From positions 8,122,001 through 8,186,000 of the forward strand of contig OX597828.1 in NCBI GenBank assembly GCA_951406725.2: DNA of 64,000 bases. Direction: 5' to 3'. The DNA is from Octopus vulgaris (lineage: Eukaryota). Below the pieces are notes generated by a model. The model did no database searches, had not been told where the DNA came from, and saw only the letters and a list, made by a program, of their open reading frames with translations. The position numbers were made by a program, and so were the translations under genes. Below, piece by piece: positions 14,708-27,830 of the stretch. The stretch's first letter is position 1. Every line of letters begins with the position of its first letter.

Positions 14708-15095
14708 GGCAGCGAACAGGCAGAGTCCTTAGCACGTCGAGCGAAATGCTTAGTGGCATTTCGTCTGTCGAAGGCGGCGAGCTGGCAGAAACGTTAGCAC
14801 GCCGGGCGAAGTGCTTAGCGGTATTTCGTCTGCCGTTACGTTGTGAGTTCAAATTCCGCCGAGGTCGACTTTGCCTTTCATCCTTTCGATGTCGCACTGG
14901 AGTCGATATAATCGACTTAATCTGTTTGTCTGTCCTTGTTTGTCCTCTCTGTGTTTAGCCCCTTGTGGGTAGTAAAAAATAGGTATTTCGTCCTTCTTTA
15001 TGTTTTGACTTCAAATTCCGCGCAGGTCGATTTGACCTTTTATCCTTCAAGTTCGATAAAAGAAATACCAGCTAGCCTTGTGGCCAAATTTTGAA
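14708..15095 (+). mobile_element. Tandem/nested SINE family C copies
   Basis: Two heads (14708 and about 14773), GCCTTTCATCCTTTCGATGTCG core, a second partial unit after AAATAGGTATTTCGTC, tail GCCTTGTGGCCAAATTTTGAAA. Confidence 0.8.
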
Positions 15096-15129
15096 AGTAC
15101 AAAGCAACAGCTACGTGCTGCAAAATCCG

Positions 15130-15840
15130 ACCTTCAAAAAGAAACTACAAAATGTACCAACCAGTACTGGGATAAATTATGCTTAGATATTCAACAGCAA
15201 GTGACATAGGTAGCATCAGGAAAATGTATGAGAAGATTAGAGTTGCTATCGGACCAACAGTGAGTAAAATGGCACCTCTCATGTCTGCAACAGGTGACCA
15301 GCTGACAAACCAGAAGAAACAAATGGAAAGATGGGTGGAACATTACTCTTAATTGTTCAAGGAGCGAGATGTTGATAGACAGCTTGATGAGGCCATTCCT
15401 CATCTCCCCGAAATGACAGAACTTGATATACCACCAATGGAAGAAGAACTCTCCACTGCAATCGATGATCTTGCAAGCCCAAAACAGGTATAAGGACATT
15501 TGCAAAAATAGTTTGTCTAAGTGTGAGGTGGATGTCAGCAACTGGGAAGAGAGGGCTGAGGGCAGAGCAACATAGAGGACTGTGGTGAAGGAAGGAACTG
15601 CTTCGCTAGAGATCACTTACAGAAACAAACAAGTTGAGAAGCGTCAGTGGCGAATGAAAAACAGCAGAAATGCAGAGCACTTAGAGCCACCCTCTTGGTA
15701 TGCAAGTACTGTGACAGAAGCTGCGTTTCAATCATAGGAAGAATCAGCCATGAAAGAATTTGCAAGAAAGGGAGACCCTGATATATTCGATTAAGTGACC
15801 TCTAACCTAAATTGACCGTCTGCATAGACGGAAAGTACCA
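15130..15840 (+). mobile_element. RTE-clade LINE remnant with internal deletion
   Basis: Translates to YWDKLCLDIQ...IRKMYEKIRVAIGPTVSKMAPLMSATGDQLTNQKKQMERWVEHYS*...ELDIPPMEEELSTAIDDLA joined to the C-terminal RYKDICKNSLSKCEVDVSNWEERAEGRAT*R...CKYCDRSCVSIIGRISHERIC; stops and frameshifts; ends in a trinucleotide tail. Confidence 0.85.
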
Positions 15841-16095
<255 letters not shown>

Positions 16096-16146
16096 GTATA
16101 GGAAAGAATGGAGCTGAACGAAGATTTAACAAAATTCCTTTATTTT

Positions 16147-16232
16147 ATTTTCGGCATATGTTTCGAAGTCTGCAAAGTCCCTAATTCCGAGTGAATAAGG
16201 AGTCCATTATGCAGCTTTCTCTTCAGGAAAAT
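16147..16232 (-). ncRNA. Type I hammerhead ribozyme-like motif with long stem II (cleavage triplet GCC, probably inactive)
   Basis: Minus strand ATTTTC-CTGAAGA-[about 55 nt hairpin]-GAAA-CATATG-CC-GAAAAT; stem I extends via AAGTTCCT/AGGAATTT. Confidence 0.7.
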
Positions 16233-16317
16233 CCAGGAACTTAATTCTCCAACAAAATGCACAACAAGCTTTTCGACGACTGCTGACGAGGAGCCCATAA
16301 AAATAATGATAAAAAAT

Positions 16318-17189
16318 GTCTATTTATAGGGGTTGACACCAGATTGAATGAAAGCAGAAGAAATTGTCCGTTGACATAGTTCAAGGGCAGCATCAAGGGC
16401 AGCATCTAAATTAGCCACAAGAATATCGAACCATTTTTCCACGTTTAGGGATAAAAAGAAACAACACTTTACTGGGCTAAGCAAATTAGTCTGGCGTTTG
16501 AAGAACGCGAATTCAACTTTTAGGCTGGAATGGTCAATATTATCGGTGTCTTTACCGTTTGATAAGGGCAAAATATCTGTGCCCTATGTAATTCCGAACT
16601 CTTTCATATTCTGTTTGCCCGAGGCCGACTAATAAACTCGATTGTGGAGAGTTCTTTCAGATGCCCACACTGGAAAAAGCATACCTTTTTCTCATACCAA
16701 TGAAGTCTAATATAGATAACCCCTGGATTTCCCCCAAAAAATTTGAAAAGTCATACCTCATCCCTGTTAGTATAAAAGACTTTCCCATAGTTGCCAAGAA
16801 CTACTACCAATCCCAACAGTAACCTTGTATCTTGTCAATGCTATTGTGGCCGCCCTCTCCCTATTAAGTTGTCACATTCGAGCACACAGACACAGTCTTT
16901 TCAGTTCTTGACCGCTAATTCTTGCTATCTCTCTCTCTCTGCATTCCACACACACTTTCACGCATTCAAAGACGCACACACACATACATTAAGGCAATTT
17001 TACACACTCATACATTCGAGCACTCATTCATAAAATAAATCAAATATAAACACCAGTCATACAGAATACATTCACACTCTTTAATTTTCCTATACCTTCC
17101 TTCTACTACCTTGATGCTGCCCTTGAACTATGTCAACGGACAATTTCTTCTGCTTTCATCCAATCTGGCGTCAACCCCTATAAATAGAC
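16318..17189. repeat. About 80 bp inverted duplication (16318-16398 versus 17109-17189)
   Basis: CCTTGATGCTGCCCTTGAACTATGTCAACGGACAATTTCTTCTGCTTTCAT...CAACCCCTATAAATAGAC at 17109 is the near-identical reverse complement of 16318-16398. Confidence 0.92.
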
Positions 17190-17420
17190 TGGCCTGCTTG
17201 CTTAGCCAGCGGCGTGGCGTCATTCGAAGACCAGCGATGTGTAGCAACATCTGATGGTCTGGTCGGTCACGTGATCACGTGATACATATATATATATATA
17301 TACACACACGCGACAGGTCTCTTTCAGTTACCGTCTACCAAATCCACTCACTTTGGTTGGCCCGAGGCTATAGTAGAAGACACTTGCCCAAGGTGCCACG
17401 CTGTGAGGTTTAACACAGGA
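17190..17420 (-). mobile_element. SINE family D fragment (CORE-like)
   Basis: Minus strand GTGGCACCTTGGGCAAGTGTCTTCTACTATAGCCTCGGGCC...GAGTGGATTTGGTAGACGG, related to 24915-25055. Confidence 0.75.
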
Positions 17421-17654
17421 TGGCACAAACATTTATAAGACATGCTTTATCATTACCTGCTGGAAAACTAATTTAGTCCAAATTCTTTAAAACTTTCATA
17501 TTTAGGAAAGACTTGCGGTCATCTTCACTATAGATCTCGAGGCCTATAGTTTGGACCTTATCTTCTAGAATATGAAAGAATAAGAACCAAAAACGAAAAA
17601 AGAAAAGAAAACAAAAACAACAACAATATCAACAACAAAGACAACAACGCCGTT

Positions 17655-17767
17655 GACGGCGATGACGAGGCCGATGAGGATGATGTTGATGACGATGATA
17701 AATGAGATGATGATGATGATGAGGATGATTATGATGGTGATGATGATGATGGGGATGATTATGATGG

Positions 17768-17800
<33 letters not shown>
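17655..17800. repeat. (ATG)n microsatellite
   Basis: Directly visible. Confidence 0.93.
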
Positions 17801-17801
<1 letters not shown>

Positions 17802-18179
17802 AATACATCCTACTATAGACACAAAGCCTGAAACTTAGGTGGAAGGAGCCTAGTCGATTACATCAACCCTATTACCTACAACTGATACCCAATTTATCAA
17901 CCTCCAAAGGAATGAAATGCAATGCTGACCTCGGCAGAATTTGAACTCAGAATCTTTGCACTTCATTGGACCAAAATATGTGCCTATTACTCAAGTATGT
18001 GTGGTTTATCAGCAGTACTTTTCTCAATTATGCAGAAGGAGTGGTGGGCTGAAAAGGATGGAATTCAAAGCCTTCTTCTTCGCTTGCAGTGGTTATTAAC
18101 AAGAGAGACATAAATATGTAAAAGCCAATAATAGTCGCTCAATGAGAGAAGGGTTGTTTTGATGCACCAGGGGCAAATC

Positions 18180-19900
18180 GCGTGTCTTGGATGTGCTCTG
18201 TATGTATTTGCCAAATTTGTTTCGAGACAATTTGATAGATATCAACCGTACATAGTAGCTAAACGGGAAAATTATTTCCGATGTTGAGAAAAGACCCAAA
18301 ACAAGGGCAATAATATCGACAATTTTAGGCTCTGTTAAACCAAAATTTTCAAATTTTGGCCAAGGTGTTAGAGAAAGATTGTCATTGGTCTGACAGTTGA
18401 TGTACAAACTTGCTCCTTTCCGAAGAGATCTATCCATGATAACTTCTGCTTCAAATTATGCAGCATCTTAAGGAGGTTATGCATGTACCCTGCCTTGAGT
18501 GAGGCCTTGATCAATTTAAATCAATCAAAAGCTTTCGATAGGGTCGACCACCAGTGCTTTCCGACCTCCTCACGACGATTTGTTTCTGCCCCGTCGTCTA
18601 CAGTTGGTCTGCTGCAATGTACAGCGACATCTACACAGCCATTTAATATCATGTGTTCTATGCCCAATGTTAATCATTCTCATCTCTTCTGCATGTACTG
18701 GTGCTTGAGACACAATTGTGGAAGCTAGATACGCCGAAGAACATACGATGAGACCTAGGATTCAAAAGATATGCAAACGGCATCACCGCCATACTGTCCA
18801 GAGTGCAAACTCCTCGAGGTAATCAACAGCTCTCTAAGGGACAACGAGCGAATAACAGAGAACTTGTGAGTCGGAACCTGCTGAGGTATGGCTACACTCC
18901 CCGATAACGTTCTGGGATACTGGCCAGAACCTGTTAGATTTCTAAGAATTTTATGTTGGCTAGATCACTCGGTTAAAAGGAAATGTGATGATATATCAAG
19001 TAGGTTAGACCCTTTCAAAAAAAAAAAAAACTTTCCATGAAAAGTCAGGAAGAGGTAAGAAACGCTTACATTATTTCTTCCATCTTACATTACACACCCA
19101 CCGTTGTGTCTTGCCCCAGTCAACATCGTAGCAGACTGAAGTATTTATTCTTTCGCTCTCTGTAAAAGGGCTGGGTTCTGTTTCTAAGGTGTTCCACTTG
19201 TCAACAATTGCTACGTGATGGACTGAGCATGCTGTGGCATGTGCTGACGGAGAGACATTTCCAGATTTTTCTTGTCGTTCAGCAGGCTTGTCACCTTTGT
19301 TCGGACTCACATTTCTACATCGCATACTTTTCACAGAATAGCAAATCTTCGATCAGGTGTAGATAGAGCCTGTGCACACAGCATCTAGCGTGTCATTTTG
19401 TGCTCACAGTCGTACAATGAAATTGGTGGAAATAACCAGAAATAAAGGCGAGCAAGAGCGATGACTTTCTCTGGAAGAAGCTGTGTAGTCCTTCCGGAAG
19501 ATTTTTGGAGTGGGCTCCTTGCATAATTGCCTGAAATTCCTGAACTAACATTAAATCCTAGAGGTATCACCGGTTCGGGTTAAATTCTAAAGGTACAAAT
19601 GTGCTATCAGGTGGGCCTACATAAGATGCACGCAGGGCATCGAAATTGCTCTGCATCCAATCGTCCAATGCCCGAACATTGCTGAGTTAAGATGTATGTC
19701 GAACACCTACTGTCACAAGAAGGACGCATCTAGCCTTCAGCCAAGTCCATTGTGGACGTTCTACCGCCTTTATTTGACCGGTGTTACTTATTTACGTCGA
19801 AAAAACAAAAACAAAAACAAAACAAAGCAAAAAAAAAAAAAAAAGAAATTAAAACCATTTGGGAAGCAGCAAAATAACCAGTACTAGGAAGGAAAAAAAG
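18180..19900 (+). mobile_element. Decayed Tx1/L1-clade LINE (RT region)
   Basis: Fragments LRKDP.KGNNIDNFR, QILAKVL, RSIHDN, ALINLNQSKAFDRVDHQ (Tx1-type DQxKAFDRVxH), SSLLHVLVLE and YANGIT (YADD); many stops and frameshifts; right boundary approximate. Confidence 0.75.
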
Positions 19901-21130
19901 AATAGAGAGGAATCAATAACAAAATCGAATTGAAAGTATGGGACTCTAATTGCTGGATAAGGAGCAATTTTTCAAGGGTAGTATCGAAATCATAAAATAC
20001 GTGACGATCCATAGATCAACAAAAAGAAGCGCATTAACATTAATGTCAATGGTTATACATAAGGACAAAGTGAGAGATTGAATCTATCTTGGTAATAGGG
20101 AAATCTGAATAACAAACATATAAACACTTAGAACAAATTTAATGCAAGACGTTAACACAATACTTCTATTTATATATTGGTTAAATGTATAGTTATTTAG
20201 TACGTTTTTATCACAAATTGTAAAATTGGAAAACTGCTTTTAGAAATTAACTTAAATATTTTCTAACTCTTATGACTTTGAATTGTCTTCAAGTTATAGA
20301 ATTGTAGTAGATATGTGTGAACACAGCTTGTATAGTTTGATATAGATTTTATGTACACAAGTAATATACTACCGAAAAAATGGCGTCCATAGATCGCTGA
20401 TTCTTCTTTTCTCTCCTTGTTTTATCATGTACAAGTTATAATGTTTAAATTCACTACCATATGATCCTGAGTTCAAGTATGGGCTGCACCCAACACTATA
20501 ACTTTTCTTTTACCGCGATCAATATAATAAGTACCTGTGTGGCGATGAAAAAGTCATTACAGAACTTTAATCTGTTTCTTTTGTAAGAAGCTAAAGAGGA
20601 AAAAAAAAAGGTAGATCAGCTTCGAAAGGAAATCTCTGCAAAAACTGACAGGTGAAATTTTCTACTGTGACATATGATTAAGAATCAAGAATCTTCGTTA
20701 CGTATCCTAAGTTTATTAATTCTTCTGCAGGTGTTACGTTCTGTCCAAAGGCAACATATTTGAGTCTTCTTGCTTACGGCTTCATACGTAATCAACAAAT
20801 TTCAATAGACAAAGTGAAGAACTAATAATCGCAATGAAAGTTTTATAGACATTCGTTTGAAATAACCCGACTGACAGACTTATGTTTCCTATGGAGAGAA
20901 CGCCGACGGTACAAATAGTTGTAAAATTACTTAGTGTTCAGCATTCAAATAACTTATGATTATAGAAATGAATAAATATAATGAATTTCTCATTTTCAAA
21001 ATGGGGGCAATTGGAGTGTGAATGAGATTTCTTATGCAATGCTACGAGGAAAATATATTATCAATCAATGTTGGAACTTACGATAAGCGGCATTGAAGGA
21101 CATAACCATTAGGCACACACACACACACAC

Positions 21131-21174
<44 letters not shown>

Positions 21175-21298
21175 GCGCATGCACACGCACACACATTATG
21201 CATTTATATATGTACATAAGAACACATACATACATGTACAAACGCATAGAGACCCACATGCATACATGCACATACGCAAACGAATACACACGAGCTCA

Positions 21299-21354
<56 letters not shown>

Positions 21355-21390
21355 ACATATACATAAACGTGGACACACTTCCACACATAT

Positions 21391-21446
<56 letters not shown>

Positions 21447-21634
21447 TGTGTGTATATACATGATGCAGAAATATGTTTTATCAAATATAAGCTTGTATAT
21501 TAAAATAATATATGAATATTAAAAAATGCTATGTATATTAAAGGATATATGTTAAGAAAAGTAGAAAGGATATGATATGGATATTAACAGGTATACGTAT
21601 ATATATATATATATATATATGCACACACATATAA

Positions 21635-21667
<33 letters not shown>

Positions 21668-22844
21668 CCAATTTTAGTATTTATACATTTCATATTTTTC
21701 TCAATATATATTTTAAGATCATATACATATAAAACACACACACACACACACATACATAAATACAATACAATAACATATGTATACACTGAAATACATAGGC
21801 AGGCATACATTTACACACTCCCATAAACGTATGCATGCTTACTGAGACGTACACACATATATATATGCATATATGCATAAATAAACTATGGTTATATCTT
21901 CCCATGGTTATTTTCTTTCCCTTCAACTCTCTTCCCCAACCTTTTCTGTCTGTCTGTCTTTCTTTCTTTCCTTAGTTCTTTTAGATCTTCAACTCTGTCT
22001 CCCTCTTTTCCCCTCACCCACACTACCACTTTCTCTGTCTCTGTCTGTCTGTCTGTCTCTGTCTCTCTCTCTCCCTCTCTTTCTCTCTCTTTCTCTCTCA
22101 CTAACTCGCGATGTATCTCCGTTCTGGGTGAGATTAAAAACTTCTTCACCTAAATGGCCGATTGCCAACATGTTCACCATTTATCATCGAAAAGTTAAGA
22201 ATTTAATAAAGTTAGGATTTCGATCTGCATATTTCTCCATAGAACATAAATATCCGGCAGATATTGCCTGTCAAGTCGCTGTTGTACTAGAACCAGCATC
22301 AAAGGAAGCAACGCTGTAGCAGACTCGTTTCACGAAGATTTCTTCTCGCCACTAAGCAGACTCCAAACGCAGGATTATGATGTTTTATTAAACGCATTAG
22401 TTATAGATATTTTGCTGCCGAGTCTTTGTACAGCCACCAACAAGCCAAAATCAGAAATAAAACGGCTGCGTCTCTGTGAACTAGTTTAAATACTTTTGTA
22501 GAAATATGTATTCCGTCTTATTTCTTCTGCATCATATTTTTTCTTAATATTATTTCTTAATATTTACAGTGGTTGTAACCCCCACCAAAACACATACACA
22601 GATAAAGAGCTAAATATAGATACGCTTATATACATAAATATACATATTATGTTTGTGAGTGTGTGTGTGTGTGTGTTGGCATTTAATATTATACAGATTT
22701 CCTTACTTTTCTTACATCTACTTTATGATATGCTTACTTGCAATTTCACTCGCTCCTTTTTATTCCTTTTTACTTTCTCTCAAATATCACTGCATCTTGC
22801 ACACTGACGTACGTATTCATAGATTTATACAGACATAATTCTCT

Positions 22845-23350
<506 letters not shown>

Positions 23351-24318
23351 TACATATCTGCGTGTGAATATGTATATATATATGTGTTGTTAAAATAATT
23401 TCCAGTGAAGAAGAATAAACAACAGGCGTTTGCGAATTACGTTCGAATATGTGAGCGAATTTGCATGGGTGTGTGAGTGTGTGTACGTGTCTATATATAT
23501 TTGTGTGTGTATGTGTGTGTGTGTGTGTGTGTTTGTGTGCGTGTGTGTGTGCAAGAGTGTAGATAGATCGATAGATATACAGAACACACGCACGCACATA
23601 TGTAAATTACTCGTAGGACATCGTATTTTGCTATGCAACCATGATATACTACAATTACATTAAACGCTTTATATGACAATACTCTGTCATATCGTGTTAG
23701 CAGTGTTATTAAATCAGTTTTTAATGTTATCTCTACGGATCTCCTAATAACAGTTACAGCTAGCACTGATTTGTTACAACATTCGTATCTGTGTACGTCT
23801 AATGTTAAAAATCCGATCGAAGATTGAAAAATCAGGAATGGATGTATATACATATTTCAAAAATTCTTGCTCTTTCTTCACCACCATATCCAAACTATTG
23901 ACCAATTTTTACATTAGACGTATTCATATACGAAATCAGTGCTCGCTATAATTTCTATGGAAAATCTATAGTGAGACCAATAGAAAGAGGTGAACGACTT
24001 TAGATTGAATTTGGATGTCTTTCTGGTCTTTTATTATCATCGTTTTGCTCTTGAAACATAGCTTAGGATGAATTAGTGAAAGCTGATTATTGATCTATAC
24101 ATTTATAATCATGTAGCATTAAATTTTTGGCATAATAGTGCTTGGTTCTATTTACCATCCAGAAAGCTATTTGACCATCGTGTGTGGTAAACGAAGCTAT
24201 CCTAATAATCAAAACATGAACAGGTTTTTTAGCGCTCTTATCATTGGTCACGAATGTAATCCTAGATTTGGAGAATTATCGACAAGTCTCAAACGACTGC
24301 CTTCTTCTTCAAGGAATT

Positions 24319-24393
<75 letters not shown>

Positions 24394-24576
24394 GAACAGC
24401 TAGGTGCAATATAATACTATAAAGAAGAAATTTTATTCTCACTAATCCTCACTGAGGCTGTCGGATCAGACGTATTGCTACAAATAAGAGTTACAAACTC
24501 TTAAAGTTTTACGAAGCATACAATATATATATACACTGACTGGGAAGATAACCGCTTCTTGAACAACTCTTGGGGA

Positions 24577-24627
24577 TCACTGGACTAGGTTAGTTTCGTC
24601 TATCAGTTGTGGGCTCGTCAGCAGTGA
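24577..24627 (-). ncRNA. Type I hammerhead ribozyme
   Basis: Minus strand TCACTG-CTGACGA-GCCCAcaactgaTAGAC-GAAA-CTAaccTAG-TC-CAGTGA: perfect 6-bp stem I, 3-bp stem III, GUC triplet, stem II with two mismatches. Confidence 0.85.
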
Positions 24628-24669
24628 CTACTCAGTCGTTCACTGGTTTGGCTAATGTATGTGTGTGTT

Positions 24670-24869
24670 TATTCTTTTATTCTTTCATTCTTTTATTTGT
24701 TTCAGTCATTTGACTAAGGCCATGTTGGCGCACTGCCTTTAGTCGAAGAAATCGAACCCAGGGCTTATTCTCTGTAAGCCTAGTACTTATTTTATCGATC
24801 TCTTTTGCCGAACCGCTAAGTTACGCTAAGTTGCCAAGCGATGGTGGGGGACAAACACCGACACACAAA

Positions 24870-24916
<47 letters not shown>

Positions 24917-25055
24917 GACGGGCTTCTTTCTCTTTCTGTCTACCAATTCCACTCACAGCCCGAGGCTATAGAAGAAGACACTTGCCACGCAGTCTGATTG
25001 AACCCGAAGCTATTTGGTTTGTAAGCATGCCGCTTAACGCACAGTCACTCATGCG
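24670..25055 (-). mobile_element. SINE family D, near full length, with internal (GT)n
   Basis: Minus strand tRNA-like head near 25055, CORE-like TGGCAAGTGTCTTCTTCTATAGCCTCGGG, microsatellite, then 3' part AGCGGTTCGGCAAAAGAGATCGATAAAATAAGTACTAGG...AAATGACTGAAACAAATAAAAAG. Confidence 0.8.
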
Positions 25056-25061
25056 CATATA

Positions 25062-25100
<39 letters not shown>

Positions 25101-25114
25101 GTATATGTTTTTGT

Positions 25115-25307
25115 TCCCCTAGCATTGCTTGACAACCGATGCTGGTGTGTTTATGATCCTGTCACTTAGCGGTTCGGTAAAAGAGACCGATAGAATAAGT
25201 ACTAGGCTTACAAACAATAAGTCCTGGGGCTGATTTCATCGACTAATGGCGGTGCTCCAGCATCGCCGCAGTAAAATGACTGAAAGAAGTAAAAGAGTAA
25301 AAGAGTA
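25115..25307 (+). mobile_element. SINE family D 3' part
   Basis: TTGACAACCGATGCTGGTGTG...AGCGGTTCGG...GGCGGTGCTCCAGCAT...ATGACTGAAAGAAGTAAAAGAGTAAAAGAG; related copies at 58670-58860 and 10098-10160. Confidence 0.8.
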
Positions 25308-25526
25308 TATATATATATATATATACAGTGACAAAGTTTTTTCTTTAATTCAACTATGAATAATACAGCATATTTAGTGAATTAAAATGACTGATACGTG
25401 TTTTTGCTGCAGAGATTATGTACAGTTGTAACCCACAATATTCTGTTATGTTCCTTCACTCAGAGTCTTTCCACAAGGGTGCTTCTTTATATATATATAT
25501 ATATATAAGGCGTGATAGATAGATGA

Positions 25527-25609
<83 letters not shown>

Positions 25610-26411
25610 CATAGATAGATAAATGGATCATTATCGCATTGCAGGCAAGTTGAATACCACGGCTGGGAACCGGCATTATATAATAAATTTCTTACGGTAA
25701 AATATAGCCATTTCCTAACCATGCATGCAATACCGCCTGCTAAAATGTGATAGTCATGTGACAACTAAATATTTCTCTTTACAATTAAATATTTCAACTA
25801 TTTGTGCTTCATATTGTATTGTAGTGCAGAAACCTTTTACTATAAATACAAGCATAAACGTAATGTATAGAAAAGGAAAGGAAGTAAGCAACAGAAAATA
25901 CGAGAGAGAAAAAGATACGTGGTAAGGAAGGAAATAAAAATAAAGATATGGAATTTGAATAATGAATTTAACCCGATAATGAATAAATAATAGGTAAAAC
26001 TGACTAGAGCTGACCTCTGTGTCAGTTTCTTATGTATCTTTAAAGTGTTACAGCTCTTCGATAAATGAAACTTTATAAAGGATTTCTACATTGCCGCATT
26101 ATTCCCAACGCACATAAAAATACGCACACACGCACATGCGTGCGCAGAGCACATATTAGCTTTCAGGCAATTTTGAATTATTAATAAAGGCGAGAATATG
26201 AGAGCAAGTAAAAGGTAACGTAAATGAAGAGAAGATATACTGGTTGTTGAAGTAGAGGAATTGGAGAGATGAGACAGGTGGAGGTGAAAGTTTCTAATCT
26301 AGGGCAAGTATGACACAGGGATAAATACATTAATGAAATGGTAAGTCTACGGTAATGAAAAGGAATAAGAAAAACGAATCGTATCGTTGCAATGCAAAAA
26401 ATAATTCTGTG

Positions 26412-26446
<35 letters not shown>

Positions 26447-26558
26447 GCGTGAGTGTGCATGAGTGTGCGCCTGCTTTTATGAGTACATATGTACGTCTGT
26501 TTATGCAAATATTATAACATGTATCATATATATATATATATACATAAATATATATATG

Positions 26559-26589
<31 letters not shown>

Positions 26590-26591
26590 AC

Positions 26592-26634
<43 letters not shown>

Positions 26635-26667
26635 CACACACACACAGACAAACACACACACACACAG

Positions 26668-26700
<33 letters not shown>

Positions 26701-27669
26701 CATACGCGCAAATACACACACACTCATACACTTACACATACAGATATACAAATACATAAATATGTATAATTGAATGTGCCTGGAATACATTAAAAAGTAA
26801 TAAAATCAGTCAAGTTGAGGAAGGAAGAAAAAAAACAGCTGAAAATATTCACAAATAATATAATAAATACACAAGAAAAATCTTCCGACAAATAACGAAA
26901 CTGATTGAAGAATGATAAGAATCCATCTGCATAGTGATGATGTTTAGATATAACTGTTTCTTCTCCTCCGATGACAACCTCCGATGATGACGACTTTGCT
27001 GGTTGTCATTGACACACAGTGACGTCGATCACGACAACAACGTTGGCGGCTGAGGCCACAGTGGTAATGTCTACGTAGAATGTTGATCCGAGCTTTATTC
27101 AATTAATCTTGACTGTTTTTGTGGTAGTCTGTCTGTGTGTGAGTATGTGAATATGTGTGTAAGTGCGTGTTGGTGTTTGTATTTGAGTTTAGAAGTGCGT
27201 AGATAAATGTGGGAAGCTATAAGATGAAATGTCATATAGCAGTGGCCTGTGACTCCATGGCTCCGAAGGGGTATCTACATCGCTACTGCAGCTTCAGTGT
27301 ATTTTTATGACTGTAAGACATCCTCTGTAATATTATATTTATGACTATAGATATGCTCTTGTTTGCTGAAGCTTGGAAAACAATCGTGTAAAGGTAGTGA
27401 AGAGAGCTCAATGAATGAAGGATTAGCTACAGAATATGACAGCAATTTGAGGCACAGTCGATCTGAATTTCTTTATATTAGTACAAGCGATATCTCTGTT
27501 GGCATAAAACCGAAAATACTTTCAGAACTTATGATCCAGGTTTTAACAATTATATACACAAAATTCTCATGATAATTACTGTTTGTTTCCCAGGTTTATT
27601 TGCTGCATCTGAACGAGACTGTACTCGAACAACTGAGAGCAACGAACTATTCAGCAGTAAATGATTTCA

Positions 27670-27830
27670 TCATATGGTCAAGTTGTTTGTTCTTAGCTAA
27701 AATATTCGCAGATTTATCTCTATGTTTAAGATCAGTGTACTTAGCTAAAATCTATGCAGACTTACTTATATGGTTAAGATATTTGTTCTTCATTCAAATA
27801 TATGCATATATGGTTAACTTGTTTGTTCTG
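27670..27830. repeat. Degenerate tandem repeat, unit about 49 bp, about 3 copies
   Basis: Recurring TATGGTTAAG..TTTGTTCTTAGCTAAAAT.TATGCAGA. Confidence 0.6.

Noticed and set aside
25326-25490. Short insert between (TA)n tracts with a hammerhead-like trace (minus strand CTGAG...AAAACACGTATCAGTC)
   Set aside because: Too many core deviations to support
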